Shown: positions 52,869 to 64,000 of the stretch, piece after piece
Layout: the number at the start of each line of letters is the position of its first letter
Numbering within the stretch: position 1 is the first letter of the stretch
Source of the DNA: Eledone cirrhosa
Lineage: Eukaryota
Reading direction: 5' to 3'
Assembly (NCBI GenBank): GCA_964016885.1
Contig: OZ024742.1
Coordinates: forward strand, 147,436,001 to 147,500,000
DNA: 64,000 bases
Notes under the pieces: generated by a model
What the model was told of the DNA's origin: nothing
What the model saw: only the letters and a program-made list of their open reading frames with translations
Databases searched by the model: none
Position numbers and translations under genes: made by a program

Positions 52869-54456
52869 CAGTGCCCCGCAAAAGTTTACAACACATTAGG
52901 AAAAATGCGGTTTTAGGTATTTTTAATAAAGTTAGGGTAATGAAAATTTAACTACTGATAGAACATATAATGAGGCATTTAATGATACAATCATATTTTT
53001 AAAAAAGTAACAAGGAAATAACTCATGAAGAAAAATCAATATTTTTATAATGCAAAAGTTTACAACACATTTATTAAATCATCTCTTAATATTTCGTAGC
53101 GTAACCTTTGTTGCTAATTACAGCCTGTAGGCATTTGGAGTAGCCTCCTACAAACTTCTTGCATGTTTCTTGGCTAATATTTATCCATTCTTCACAATAA
53201 ATTTTCTTTAGTTCAGGGATATTTTGGGGTTTCCTTTTTTGAATTCTCTCCACAAATTTTCGATCGGGTTAAGATCTGGAGACTGACTTGGCCATTTTAG
53301 AACATTTATTCCATTCGTACTTAACCAAGATTGTGTTAGCTTTGCAGTATGCTTTGGATCGTTATCTTGTTGAAAAAACCAACCTGGCTTTAAGCTGAGA
53401 GAATGTGCACTTTGATGTAAATTCCTTTGCAAAATACCTCTATAATAAGCGCCACCCATTCTTCCTTCTATTATTTCAATATTTCCTACTCCTGTGGCAC
53501 TAAAGCAACCCCAGACCATGACTGATCCACCTCCAAATTTTACAGTTGGAATAGTATTCTTCGGCGAATATTCAGTACCTTTCTTTCTCCAGACTTTTGC
53601 CACAGCATTTCGACCAAAAAGTTCAATTTTTGTTTCGTCCGACCAAAGTACATCTTCCCAAAATGACGCAGGTTTGATGAGATGCTCATTTGCAAAGTTT
53701 AATCGACGAAGAACGTGTTTCCTCGTAAGAAGTGGTGTTTTCCTTGGAGACCTCGAGAAGATATCATATCGACGAAGTGAACGACTAATTGTATCTGTGC
53801 TCACTTTTACTCCACTTTCTTCTAGGTCATCCTGAATATTTTTAAGAGTACACCGGGGTTCGTTGCCAACCTTTCTCGTCAATAACCGAGCTGCACATTC
53901 CGTTATCTTTCTAGGACAACCAGAACTAATTAGAGGACAGATGGAATGATGAGATTTCCAGTGACAAATTATAGTCCCAACTGAACTCAATGGCACATTT
54001 AACTGACAAGATATCTTTCTATAACCAACACCATTTGTATGAAGGTCTACAATGCGTTTACAGAGGTCTTGATCAATCAGTTTATTTTTCCCCATATTGT
54101 CAATGTTTACAGGACGGTTGTCAATGTTTACAGGATGGTTGTCAGACAAATAATGACGTAATGTTTTTAATAGTCCTTAGAAGTTACCTTAAACCTAATC
54201 TAGAACATTCTACTGAATTTTAAATCTGAAAATTTAAGAATTTTCTTGAAAAAAAGCGATAAATATAAAATGTGTTGTAAACTTTTGCGTTATAAAATAT
54301 TGATTTTTCTTCATGAGTTATTTCCTTGTTATTTTTGTATCATTAAATGCCTCATTATATGTTCTATCAGTAGTTAAATTTTCATTACCCTAACTTTATT
54401 AAAAATACCTAAAACTGCATTTTTCCTAATGTGTTGTAAACTTTTGCGGAGCACTG
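52869..54456 (-). mobile_element. Tc1-family DD34E DNA transposon with about 200-bp IR/DR terminal inverted repeats and TA target duplication
   Basis: TA|CAGTGCCCCGCAAAAGTTTACAACAC...GTGTTGTAAACTTTTGCGGAGCACTG|TA; direct repeat GCAAAAGTTTACAACACATT at both ends of each TIR. Confidence 0.95.
53086..54095 (-). pseudogene. Tc1 transposase with one C-terminal frameshift
   Basis: MGKNK start; WSDETK, QQDNDPKH, SPDLNPIENLW with 34 residues between the second D and E; C-terminus RKPQNIPEL...KGYATKY* in another frame after about 53235. Confidence 0.92.
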
Positions 54457-54639
54457 TATATATATATATAGAGAGAGAGAGGTAGAACACTGGAAGGTAA
54501 TATCCGCAGTGGTAGAGCACTCAGTCCATGGGACGAGTTATGTAGAAGTGGTAACACAACAGTTAGTTCACCATACCAAGAACAATTGTTTAACCTTAGC
54601 GGATCTTCAGCTTGTACTGGTCATGGTTACACGGAACAG

Positions 54640-56755
54640 CTGTACATGGTTACACTGAACTAGCTTCTCTTTTTAACACTCGGCAATATATTTTTCATGT
54701 TATCTTTTTATTTTCTCTCTTGTATGAAAAAGCTATTTGCATAATACACATCATATTACAGTACTACAGATATTTGGTATGTATGTATGTGGTTTGGAGT
54801 CGGAGTTTTCACCAGAAAGCTCAGCATAGATGACTGTTTTGTTTGCTTTTTTTTCTCATCATAGATTTCACGATAGCAACGTAGTCCATCTTCCAAATGT
54901 CTTTGAAATTTTGCCAAGCGTTCAATGTGAGGATCCATTGCCTCCAATCCTGACATCACCTTACTCATATGCGTGAATACTTCCGCCAAGCCCTTAACAG
55001 TGAACTTTTTCTGTTCCTCATCTGGTTGTTCTGCTGCTTCTTCCAACTCTTCTCTATGTCTCTGCTCTTCCAACTCTATTAAATCTTCATCAGTCAACTC
55101 TCCTTCAACAAAGTTCACTAAATTTTCCACATCTTGCGCATTCACTTCCAACCGCAACTTTTGAGCAAGACCAACAATTTTATTACTTATCACTTCAAAA
55201 TCTGAATTTTTATCAAAACCTTCAAAATTATTAACAAACCTTTTCAAGCACTTTTTCCATACACCTTTCATACCTCTTTCACTCACGTCCTGCCAAGCTC
55301 CGTCAATGTTCTTGATGCAGTTGACAATATTAAAATCTTTCCAAAATTCACGAAGATCCATTACGTCATCCTCCGTTGCTGTTACTGCCTGTGCAAAAGT
55401 AGTTCGTAAATAATACGCCTTGAAAGTAGATATCACCCCCTGGTCCATTGGTTGAAGAATTAACGTCGTATTTTTGGGCAGATAAACTACTTTAATATTA
55501 GGATGCAGGTCATCAATATGTTGAGGGTGGCCTGGGGCATTATTGAGGAGAAGTAGAATCTTGAAGGGAATGTTGTTTTCAAGGCAGTATTCCCTGGCTG
55601 CAGGTATAAAGCAGTTGATGAACCAGTCCTCAAACAAAGATTGCATCATCCATGCCTTGTTGTTTGCCAGATAAAACACTGGTAGCATGTTTTTGTTCAC
55701 GTTCTTTAATGCACGTGGGGTTTGAGAGCGATAAATGAAAAATGGTTTTAACTTATGCCCCGCAACATTTCTGCCTAAAAGCAACGTTACTCAATCCTTG
55801 AATGCCTTGAACCCGGGCATACTTTTAGCCTCTTTGTGAAGATACGTTCTTTCATACATTTTTTTCAAAAGAGGCCAGTTTCGTCGACACTGAAAATTTG
55901 TTCCAGGCGATAGTCTCCTTCCTCGATAATCTTGTCTAAAACATCGAGGAATGTTTTTGCTGCTTCACCAGTAATACGACGGTTGTGCAAATTAAATCGA
56001 CGACGAAATTGCTGGAACCAATGTCTCCCTCATGTGACTTGAGTTTCTCGAAGATGCTGCGCGCCTTGCTTTGAATAATATGAAGACTCATTGGCATTCA
56101 TTTGGCTATTTGGTCATCAAACCACATGGCCAACACTTTCTCCATTTCATGTATCAGGCCTTTTCGCTGTCTTGTTATCAAAACATTGTATCCCATTGTG
56201 TTCTTGGCCGTCTCCTTCACTTGTTCTTTGTTCTTGAGGATGGTAGATATAGTAGAACTTGCCAAGTTCATTCTAGCAGCAATTGCGTTCTCTTTACCCC
56301 TTCTTCATATTGTTTGATGATCTTCAGCTTTGTTTCTATATCAATGGATTTCCTTGACTTCTTGGGATAAGGTCCTGGTGTAGTACTGGTTCTTTTTGCT
56401 GACATCTTGAGGGATATAACGGTATCGAAACGAAAAATTACTTGGTAACTTCTAAAGTTCAGTGGATACACTCAAATGACGCCGCGAAAGGTGATGAGCT
56501 GGAGGCTGCTCAGCACTGCCGGTTGCTTCTGCCCAACTTATCGTACACAACTGCGTTCACTTTCACTCACAACTGTGCTGTCACTGTTCTCTGCAGATCG
56601 TAACTGCGAGGTATTGTCGTTGAGCGAATATATTATTGACGAGTCAACGAATCGTAATTTCGAGAGATTTTTGTTAAACTGATATATGTAACTCGTGAAG
56701 TTGTTCGTAACTCCGAGAGGTCGTTAAACGAGTAGATCGTTAAATGAGTATATGT
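54640..56755 (-). mobile_element. Decayed Tigger/pogo (TIGD1-like) DNA transposon
   Basis: N-terminal RKSIDIETKLKII HTH, FSVDETGL, LLLLNNAPGHP (catalytic D to N), LQPMDQGVI; several frameshifts and stops; left TIR not found. Confidence 0.88.
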
Positions 56756-56778
56756 ACACAGGTATACATGCGTGACGT

Positions 56779-57106
56779 CTTCGCGCATGCGCACTTCGGA
56801 CCAGCCTTCGCGGTTGCGCACTTCGAACCAGATTTCGCACATGTGCAGTTCGGACCAGACTTTGCGCATGCGCAGTACGGACCATATTTCGCGCATGCAC
56901 AGTACGGACCAGCCTTCGCCCATGTGCAGTACGGACCAGACTTCGTGCATGCGCAGTACGGACCAGCCTTCGCGCATGCGCACCTTGGACCAGACTTAGT
57001 GCATGCGCTTCAGACCAGCCTTCGCGCATGCGCACTTCCGACCAGCCTTCGCAAATGCAGAATACGGACCAGCCTTCGCACATGCGCAGTACAGACCAGA
57101 CTTCGC
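56779..57106. repeat. GC/CpG-rich 27-bp tandem repeat CTTCGCGCATGCGCAGTACGGACCAGC, about 12 units
   Basis: Direct inspection; 9-aa periodicity in the overlapping ORFs. Confidence 0.9.
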
Positions 57107-57168
57107 CTATATATATGTCTATGTATGAATAGATATATTTGTGTGTGTGTGTGTGTCCGTTAGATGTA

Positions 57169-57599
57169 CTAGCAGGTGTGGTTTTCTGCTAGCATGTGTA
57201 GTGTCTATATTGATATTATACGCAAGTATATATACATGTAGATATGATACATCAAATAAAATTGTAATTGCCAATGTATAGAAATTGAACGAAGACTGCG
57301 TTACACTGTCTTATTTAATCAGTAACGTAAGATGATATTATATATAAACTGCATTAGGAGAAAATTAGTATGTTTATTTACGCGATGGCCAACCGTAAGT
57401 GTTGACATTTCAGACATTTTAAAGAAGTGAATCTTTAAATAAACAAAATATATTTAATCAACAGCCACAAAATTTAGTAGATAAATTATGTAATATTCAT
57501 TCATTATTTATTCAAAGTAATCCAACTTATTTTACTACTGGGATAAAAAAATTATAAACCGTACGCAGTCCCGCGCTCCTTACTTTATTATAGTTTAGA
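57169..57599 (-). mobile_element. Non-autonomous Helitron-like element, family A, copy 1
   Basis: On - strand A|TCTAAACTATAATAAAG ... CTGCTAG|T: TC and CTAG termini in an AT site, no TSD. Confidence 0.72.
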
Positions 57600-57814
57600 T
57601 TATTGCATTTCATGAATTACGAAGAATTTGCAAGTTACTTCACCCGGGAGGATTAATAATAGCTTCACTAACTTAGGTAGACGATTTGTGTGTGGTGTAG
57701 TATGTATGTGTGCATGTATATATATATATATATGTGTGTGTGTCTGCCTCAGACATAATTTATATGCTATTACATTTATATATATCTAATCAATGGGCGT
57801 ACAACAGTGCTTCA

Positions 57815-58501
57815 TCTAAACTACAATAAAGTAAGAAGCATGGGACTGTGTACGGTTTATAATTTTTTATCCCTTTAGTAAAATAAGTTGGATTACTTTG
57901 AATAAATAATTGTTTCTACTTTTGGCACAAGGCCAGCAATTACCCAGTACATTACTGGTACTTTATTTTATCGACCCCGTAAGGATGAAAGGCAAAGTTA
58001 ACCTCGGCGGGATTTGAACTCAGAATGGCAAAGGCCGTAACTCTATGCGTCAAAGCTTGGCGTCTGACCTTCTACCAATACTGCCAATCCACCGCCCTTT
58101 ACTTTGAATAAATAATGAATGAATATTACATAATTTATCTACTAAATTTCGTGGCTGTTGATTAAATATATTTTATTACTTATTTAAAGATTCACTTCTT
58201 TAAAATTTTCAAATGTCAACACTTCCGGTTAACGATCGTTTAAATAAATATTCATATATTTCTGTCACTAATTTTCTCCTAATGCAGTTTATATATAATA
58301 TCGTCTTTTTTTAATGTATCATGGATTACGTTACTGATTACAGAAGACAGTGTAACAGTCTTCGTTTAATTTCTGTGTATATTGTCAATTACGGTTTTAT
58401 TTGATGTATCATATCTACATGCATATATACTTGCGTATAATATCAATATACACACTACACAAGCTAGCAGAAAACCACCCGAAGGCTGGTTTTTCTGCTA
58501 G
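57815..58501 (+). mobile_element. Non-autonomous Helitron-like element, family A, copy 2, interrupted by a SINE
   Basis: A|TCTAAACTACAATAAAG ... hairpin CTAGCAGAAAACCA..TGGTTTTTCTGCTAG|T. Confidence 0.75.
57911..58098 (-). mobile_element. Young SINE insertion with an 18-bp target-site duplication
   Basis: TTACTTTGAATAAATAAT at 57893-57910 and 58099-58116. Confidence 0.9.
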
Positions 58502-59094
58502 TTATATTAAATGAGTTTAAAAAAAATAGTTAATAAATAGAGTTAATAAATAAATAAAACGTTATACTTGTTTTACCCTCCCATTTCCAATTAAACCGAA
58601 CGCTATCATGACTGTATGTGTGTGCTTGTGTAAATGTATATGTGTGAATGTATGTCTGTTTGTGTGAAAGTATGTGTGAATGTATGAGTATTTGTGTGAA
58701 TTATGTCCGTGAGTGTGTATTTTTATAAGTTTGTGTTTGCGCGATTATAGTTATATACTCATGTATATAGATGTATGTATGTGCTCACTCATACGCGTCA
58801 GTGTGTAGAAAATCCTAATCTCTCTATCTCTCTCATCACACACTCTCTCTTTCTATATATATGGTAGTTGAAGTGGTGGTGGTGGTAGTGGTGGTGGTGG
58901 CGACGATATACCGGAAGTGCAACTTTGAAAAGAAGTTAATTTTAGATTATGTATTTTTACAAAATTATTTGTTTACGAAATTTAGCACATAAATTATGTA
59001 ATAATCATTCATTATTTATTCAAAGTAATCCAACTTATTTTACTAACTGGATTAAAAGAAATAACCCACAGCCCTTGCTTTATTATAGTTTAGA

Positions 59095-59502
59095 CTAGCA
59101 GAATGGCCCGGCGTTGCTCGGGATTCTAAACATAGATTGGCATGTTTATCCCTCCTTTCTGAAACAGTTTTGTTGCATGTTCACCAATTGATGCAGAAGT
59201 CGCCTTGGGTGAATAGGCAAATAATTTTCCATTAAGATTTTTCAAAAGCATGTAATTGCGTTCCCTCTCTTTTTTGTTGTTGTTTTTGCTGCTGTCGAGC
59301 CTCGTGAAATAAATACGTTTGTTTATATTTTTTTATTGTGTATGCAAAAATATCTGTACACGAATATGTAATTATATATATATATTGAAATAACAGATTA
59401 AAGTTTAAGCTAAGAATCGCTGCTTTCACCCTTAACAGGATCTTCTGAAACTAAAAAAATCAATCTGTGAACGCAGAAGTAAATATTTCGAAAAACGTTA
59501 CA

Positions 59503-59562
<60 letters not shown>

Positions 59563-59822
59563 TATATATACATATATACACACAGACACAGATAGTGTCA
59601 TAATGTCGTAATGCAGACAGCCAGACATACAGACAGATATTATAAGGGCGTTATAGCTATCTAATGCGATCCCTAGGGCATTGAAAATTTGAAATATTTT
59701 TTGCTCAAAACACTCACACGACCATAAGTATTACATGTGTAAAGTTTGAAAACAATCGGTTGGGTGGTTCTCGAGTTTTAGGGAGACAGACAGACAGGCA
59801 TTCTCTGTTTTAGATATATAGA
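59095..59822 (-). mobile_element. Non-autonomous Helitron-like element, family B
   Basis: On - strand A|TCTATATATCTAAAAC..(GTCT)n.. and 3' CCCGAGCAACGCCGGG hairpin followed by CTGCTAG|T. Confidence 0.75.
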
Positions 59823-60305
59823 TATATATCCCTGTTTGCATTTACATCAATGTGTTTATGTATGAAGTCATGTGTAAGTATGTCTGCCTAAATATGCGAA
59901 CACAAGTCAATTAGATATAAAGATATGATAGAAATATTACATAGGAAATACTATACAAGTGTTAATGTAAAGGCATTATCATCGGTAGAGGGTTGGACGC
60001 CATGCTTTGATGCATAGAGGTGCGGCCCTTGCCATTCTGAATTCAAATCCTGCCTAGGTTAACTTTGCCTTTCATCCTTACGGGGTCGATAAAATAAAGT
60101 ACCAGTAATGCACTGGGATAATTGCTGGCCTTGTGCCAAAAGTAGAAACAATTATTATTATTATTATTATATCATAAAGTATTATATTATAAAGTATTAT
60201 TATTATATTATAAAGTACCAGTAATGCACTGGGATAATTGCTGGCCTTGTGCCTAAAGTAGAAACAATTATTATTATTATATCATTATCCTCATCATCAA
60301 CACTG

Positions 60306-60346
<41 letters not shown>

Positions 60347-60484
60347 GCCATCATCATCATCATCATCATTAGATGTCTATTTTTTTCATGCTGATATGGC
60401 TTGGACAGGTTGTAACACACTAAATGCATACATAATCAGGACTACTGTCCTTCTGGACAAGCCTGTAGCCACATCTCACTCACT

Positions 60485-60517
<33 letters not shown>

Positions 60518-60597
60518 TCATGTGCATGCTCACACATACCCATATGTATACATGTGAAAGTATATTAGCATGAAGTATTGATAATTAGACAACATAC

Positions 60598-60683
60598 CTG
60601 TAGTCAACAGCTTCTGGTGAATTAGCCATGCGAAGTTTAACTATCAGAATCCAAATAATACTGATAAAGAAAATCACATTTGC
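60598..60683 (-). CDS. Class B GPCR exon, TM5-ICL3 (ANVIFFISIIWILIVKLRMANSPEAVDYR)
   Basis: ccag|...|gtatgt, 86 bp; N..F...I..IL..KLR motif. Confidence 0.92.
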
Positions 60684-63042
60684 CTGGCATGGAAATGAAG
60701 CATTCAAAATTAGAGATTTAGCATCTGTGTAAAATCTACAACATTAATAACAAAACTATTATGTTAAGTTAAAGAAATTAAAATTATGACATCAGTATAG
60801 TTCTGTAGCTCCTGATGGAGTTGTAGGGGTGCCGTATTGACATGCAGCATTTCTACAGCATTTTTAAAGCCTAGCAGAACCCATCTCCCTTCCATGTGTG
60901 AATACAGTAGATTTCTTCCACAGAAGGATAGAGAGTGATAAAAAGTAAGTAAGAAAGAATCAACCCCAGTACTTGACTGGTACTTTTTTTATCGACCTTG
61001 AAAGAATGAAAGGCAAAGATGACCTCAGCGGGATTTGAACTTGGAGAGCAGAGAGCTAGAACGAATACTGCAGAGCATTCTATCTGATGTTCTAACAACA
61101 CTGCCAATACACTGCCTGACATCTGTGTAAAAACATTAAATTCTTATAAGTACACCTGTCTTACTTTGGAGGTGAAATTTATAATTTTTTCTATTGTTTT
61201 GGAAATAATTGTAAAAACAAATTTCAACTCTAATGGGAGATGGTTGCAATTGTAAAAATGTATGTAAAAAACTACATTAGTAGCAATATCAATTGGATTC
61301 ATGGTTTTATTTTAGCTTATAAATACAATTTATATAATGAATTAGATTTTGTGTCTTTTGCAACAAGTCAATGGAAATTAATCAGAGAAAAAATATTTTA
61401 AAAAGAAAAGGTGTGAAGAAGACATGTGTGTTTAATTATACACAACAAACAGGAATGTTGTTGTTGTCTTCTAAAAATGTTTGAGAGAAGCCAAAATATT
61501 CATTGCATTACCATGGAATAGCCAAACATCTCTATGAACATCACCTGACACTTCAGTAAAATGAACTGCCAGAGGCAATATTGACTCTGGTTAGAGCCTA
61601 CATTACTATCAGTTTCAACTCAATGTAGAAAGCAAAGTGACTTGCATTTAATGACAATCTAAAATTATTTTGTTAAGTTTAGAAAATTAGTTTTAACATC
61701 AGTCTAAAAGCTACTACATTAAAAATGTAAAAAGTATAACATTAATAACAAAACTATTTTGTAAAGTTTTTAAAAAATGATTCTAAAGATAAAGACACGA
61801 AATCTGAAGTTTCCAGGAATTTGTGATTTTTATGATTTTCAGTTGATGATATCTATATTTATCGAAGTTGGGTGAGATTTGTGGACTTTAGAGATTTTAA
61901 GCTGTCAATCTTAACTGTAGTTTAGAAACAAAAAATAATTCCATCCTAAAATAAATTGATCATGATAAGGCAGCAGGCTGGCAGAATTGCTGTAGCATCA
62001 AACAAAATGCTTTGTGGCATTTAGTTAACAATATTTATGATCCCAGTTGAAATCCCAAGCAGTCAATTTTACCTTTCATCTTTCTGGGGTCAATAATCAA
62101 CTTTCCTTCCCCTCAAATACTGACCATGTGCCTATAAGAGAAACCATTATTATTGATCATGGTGATAATGAAATCCTCATTGTCATCATCATCATCATCA
62201 TTATCATCATTGTCACTGCTGTCAACATTGTAGACAAACCCTCAGTAAAAGAGGTGTATGACGGTTATTAAAGGATGATGGTTGAACAACATTTTTCCCC
62301 TTTATTAACTGCAACTGTTATTGTTGTTCTCTCCCTCATCGTCTGTCCCTCTCTCAGATTGTCTTTGTTACAGTTACAGTGGTCTGTTAATACCTTTGAT
62401 CAGTCACAGATTGTCATATGGGCTAAGTGGGCTGCAACCAAGGGCTTCATATTTAACCCTTTAATGTTCAAACCGGTCACCCGGCCAGAATTCTCTACCT
62501 CTTTCTGTTGAAACTGGCTGTAACCAGTCGCTCAAACTGATGTTACGGTATTGTTCTCAAAATAAATACTTTCAAAATCTCATAGATTCGATATTATGTG
62601 AGATAATTATGCAAGGTAAAGCCTTTAACATGAAAATATAATAGTATATATAAAGTAATGTAAATGCTAAAGGGTTAAGGGTGGGGTTCTTCTTATATTA
62701 AAATATAGTTATGAAACAACATTTATGTCCGAATTTATATTATAATTGATATTAAATACATTTTTTTCTTTAGGTGTCAACTGTGTTTTAGGGGTTAGTA
62801 TATGTTGATGCTGGAACCTCAGCATCATTTTATATGTAGGTCTACATTCATGTACTTCAAATTTTTATCAAGGTTTTTACAAACAGATGCTAGCTACCCC
62901 AAATGTCCCCAAGAGTCCTAGGGCTCTAGCTGCTTTAGTCAGCCTTGTTTTTTACTATTAACCCAAATCGTACTCTCAGCTTGCTGAGACTTTACCCTAT
63001 AGTTTACAGTTTATCACAAAGAAAATGAATGATAGTACTCAC

Positions 63043-63112
63043 AAAGAGAACCAGAAATACAGGCACACAATGGATGTAGTCAAAATTAGACATAGGCACA
63101 GATATCCAACAC
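63043..63112 (-). CDS. Class B GPCR (CRF/DH44-receptor-like) exon, ECL2-TM5 (CWISVPMSNFDYIHCVPVFLVLF)
   Basis: ttgcag|...|gtgagt, 70 bp; CW...DYI...P motif of secretin-family ECL2/TM5; upstream exons lie beyond the window. Confidence 0.85.
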
Positions 63113-64000
63113 CTGCAACAATAATGGCTATTGGCTTAATACATGATGTTTAAATAAACAATATCATCACCACACGTATAAACATTTTTATCAAACAACA
63201 ACTTTTTATTCCAATTAAATTATATAATGTTTGTTTTTGCTCTTAACGTGGTGGATACCTCAGTGTATTCGTGAGTGAACAACAATGATATTATAGTAAT
63301 ATCATAATATTATAAATATTTACTTGTAAACAAACTGAATATTAATAATATTATGATATTATAATATTATTGTTATTCCCTCACCAATACACTTATATAA
63401 CGTTTATGATTTATAAAAGGAACAAATCAATAAAAAGTGTCAGAAAGAAGAGAAAAGGGAGATGTGCACACGTAAGTACATGTTACAACAGGAAATGATA
63501 GTAATGCCTTCTAAATGTGTTTCAGGCAAACCAAGATACTTATAGCATTATCACTGGTCATAACAAGCCTTATATGCTGTAATAGCCAAGTATACTCACC
63601 AGCATCATCTAAAACTTCAGTAAGATTATTCACTAATTACAACATTGCCCCCTGCCAATGTATTGGATGCCACAGGCTAAAAAAATGTAGTTTACTGATA
63701 AATAATGGTATTTCAGTAGTTTATTCCCATCTCGAAGCTTTTACAAGAAACTCTGTATTTTAAAACTCATACATCCACTTACATCAATAGTACATCATCA
63801 TCCTTCTTCTTCTTCTTCTTCTTCTTCTTCTTCTTCTTCTTCTTCTTCTTCTTCTTCTTCTTCTTCTTCTTCTTTCTTCTTCATTCTTGGGAGGGAGCAG
63901 CCTATCAGAAGCAGCCAACTCCAATTGATTCAATTGGATCCCCAAGCAAAACCAGCTGAGTTCATGGATGTTATCCAACCAGGAACTCCTATCAGTTTTT

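Noticed and set aside
54756-55784. Domesticated TIGD1-like host gene
   Set aside because: Upstream part has frameshifts and stops, and the second catalytic D is mutated; consistent with a decaying transposon
56633-57163. Repeat-protein ORFs or a CRISPR-like array
   Set aside because: Pure 27-bp tandem repeat with no unique spacers and no cas genes; eukaryotic intronic context
63515-63763. Next upstream GPCR exon (TM4) or a signal-peptide ORF
   Set aside because: No frame with suitable splice sites gives a TM4-like GxP...W sequence; the + ORF has no support

Overview
AT-rich, repeat-dense animal genomic DNA. The SINE, RTE and MITE repertoire looks like Octopus or another coleoid cephalopod (inferred from repeat style, not from a search). 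Two spliced host genes converge. On + is RNASEH2B (coding exons 2-11, 4869-25098, ending in a PIP box MKSISSFF); exon 1 was not found and is probably upstream of the window. On - is the 3' half of a class B (secretin-family) GPCR resembling CRF/DH44 receptors (5 exons, ECL2 to C-tail, 63112-40003). Almost all other ORFs in the track are transposon fragments or microsatellite artefacts. Mobile content: CRE-clade non-LTR retrotransposons with a restriction-like endonuclease (4 pieces), RTE LINE fragments, tRNA-derived SINEs, a near-intact IR/DR Tc1 element, a decayed Tigger/pogo, non-autonomous Helitrons, piggyBac and mariner MITEs, and two fold-back elements carrying degenerate hammerhead-like cores (Penelope pLTR-like). 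I found no convincing new protein-coding system. The most interesting signals are RNA-structural and transposon-architectural.
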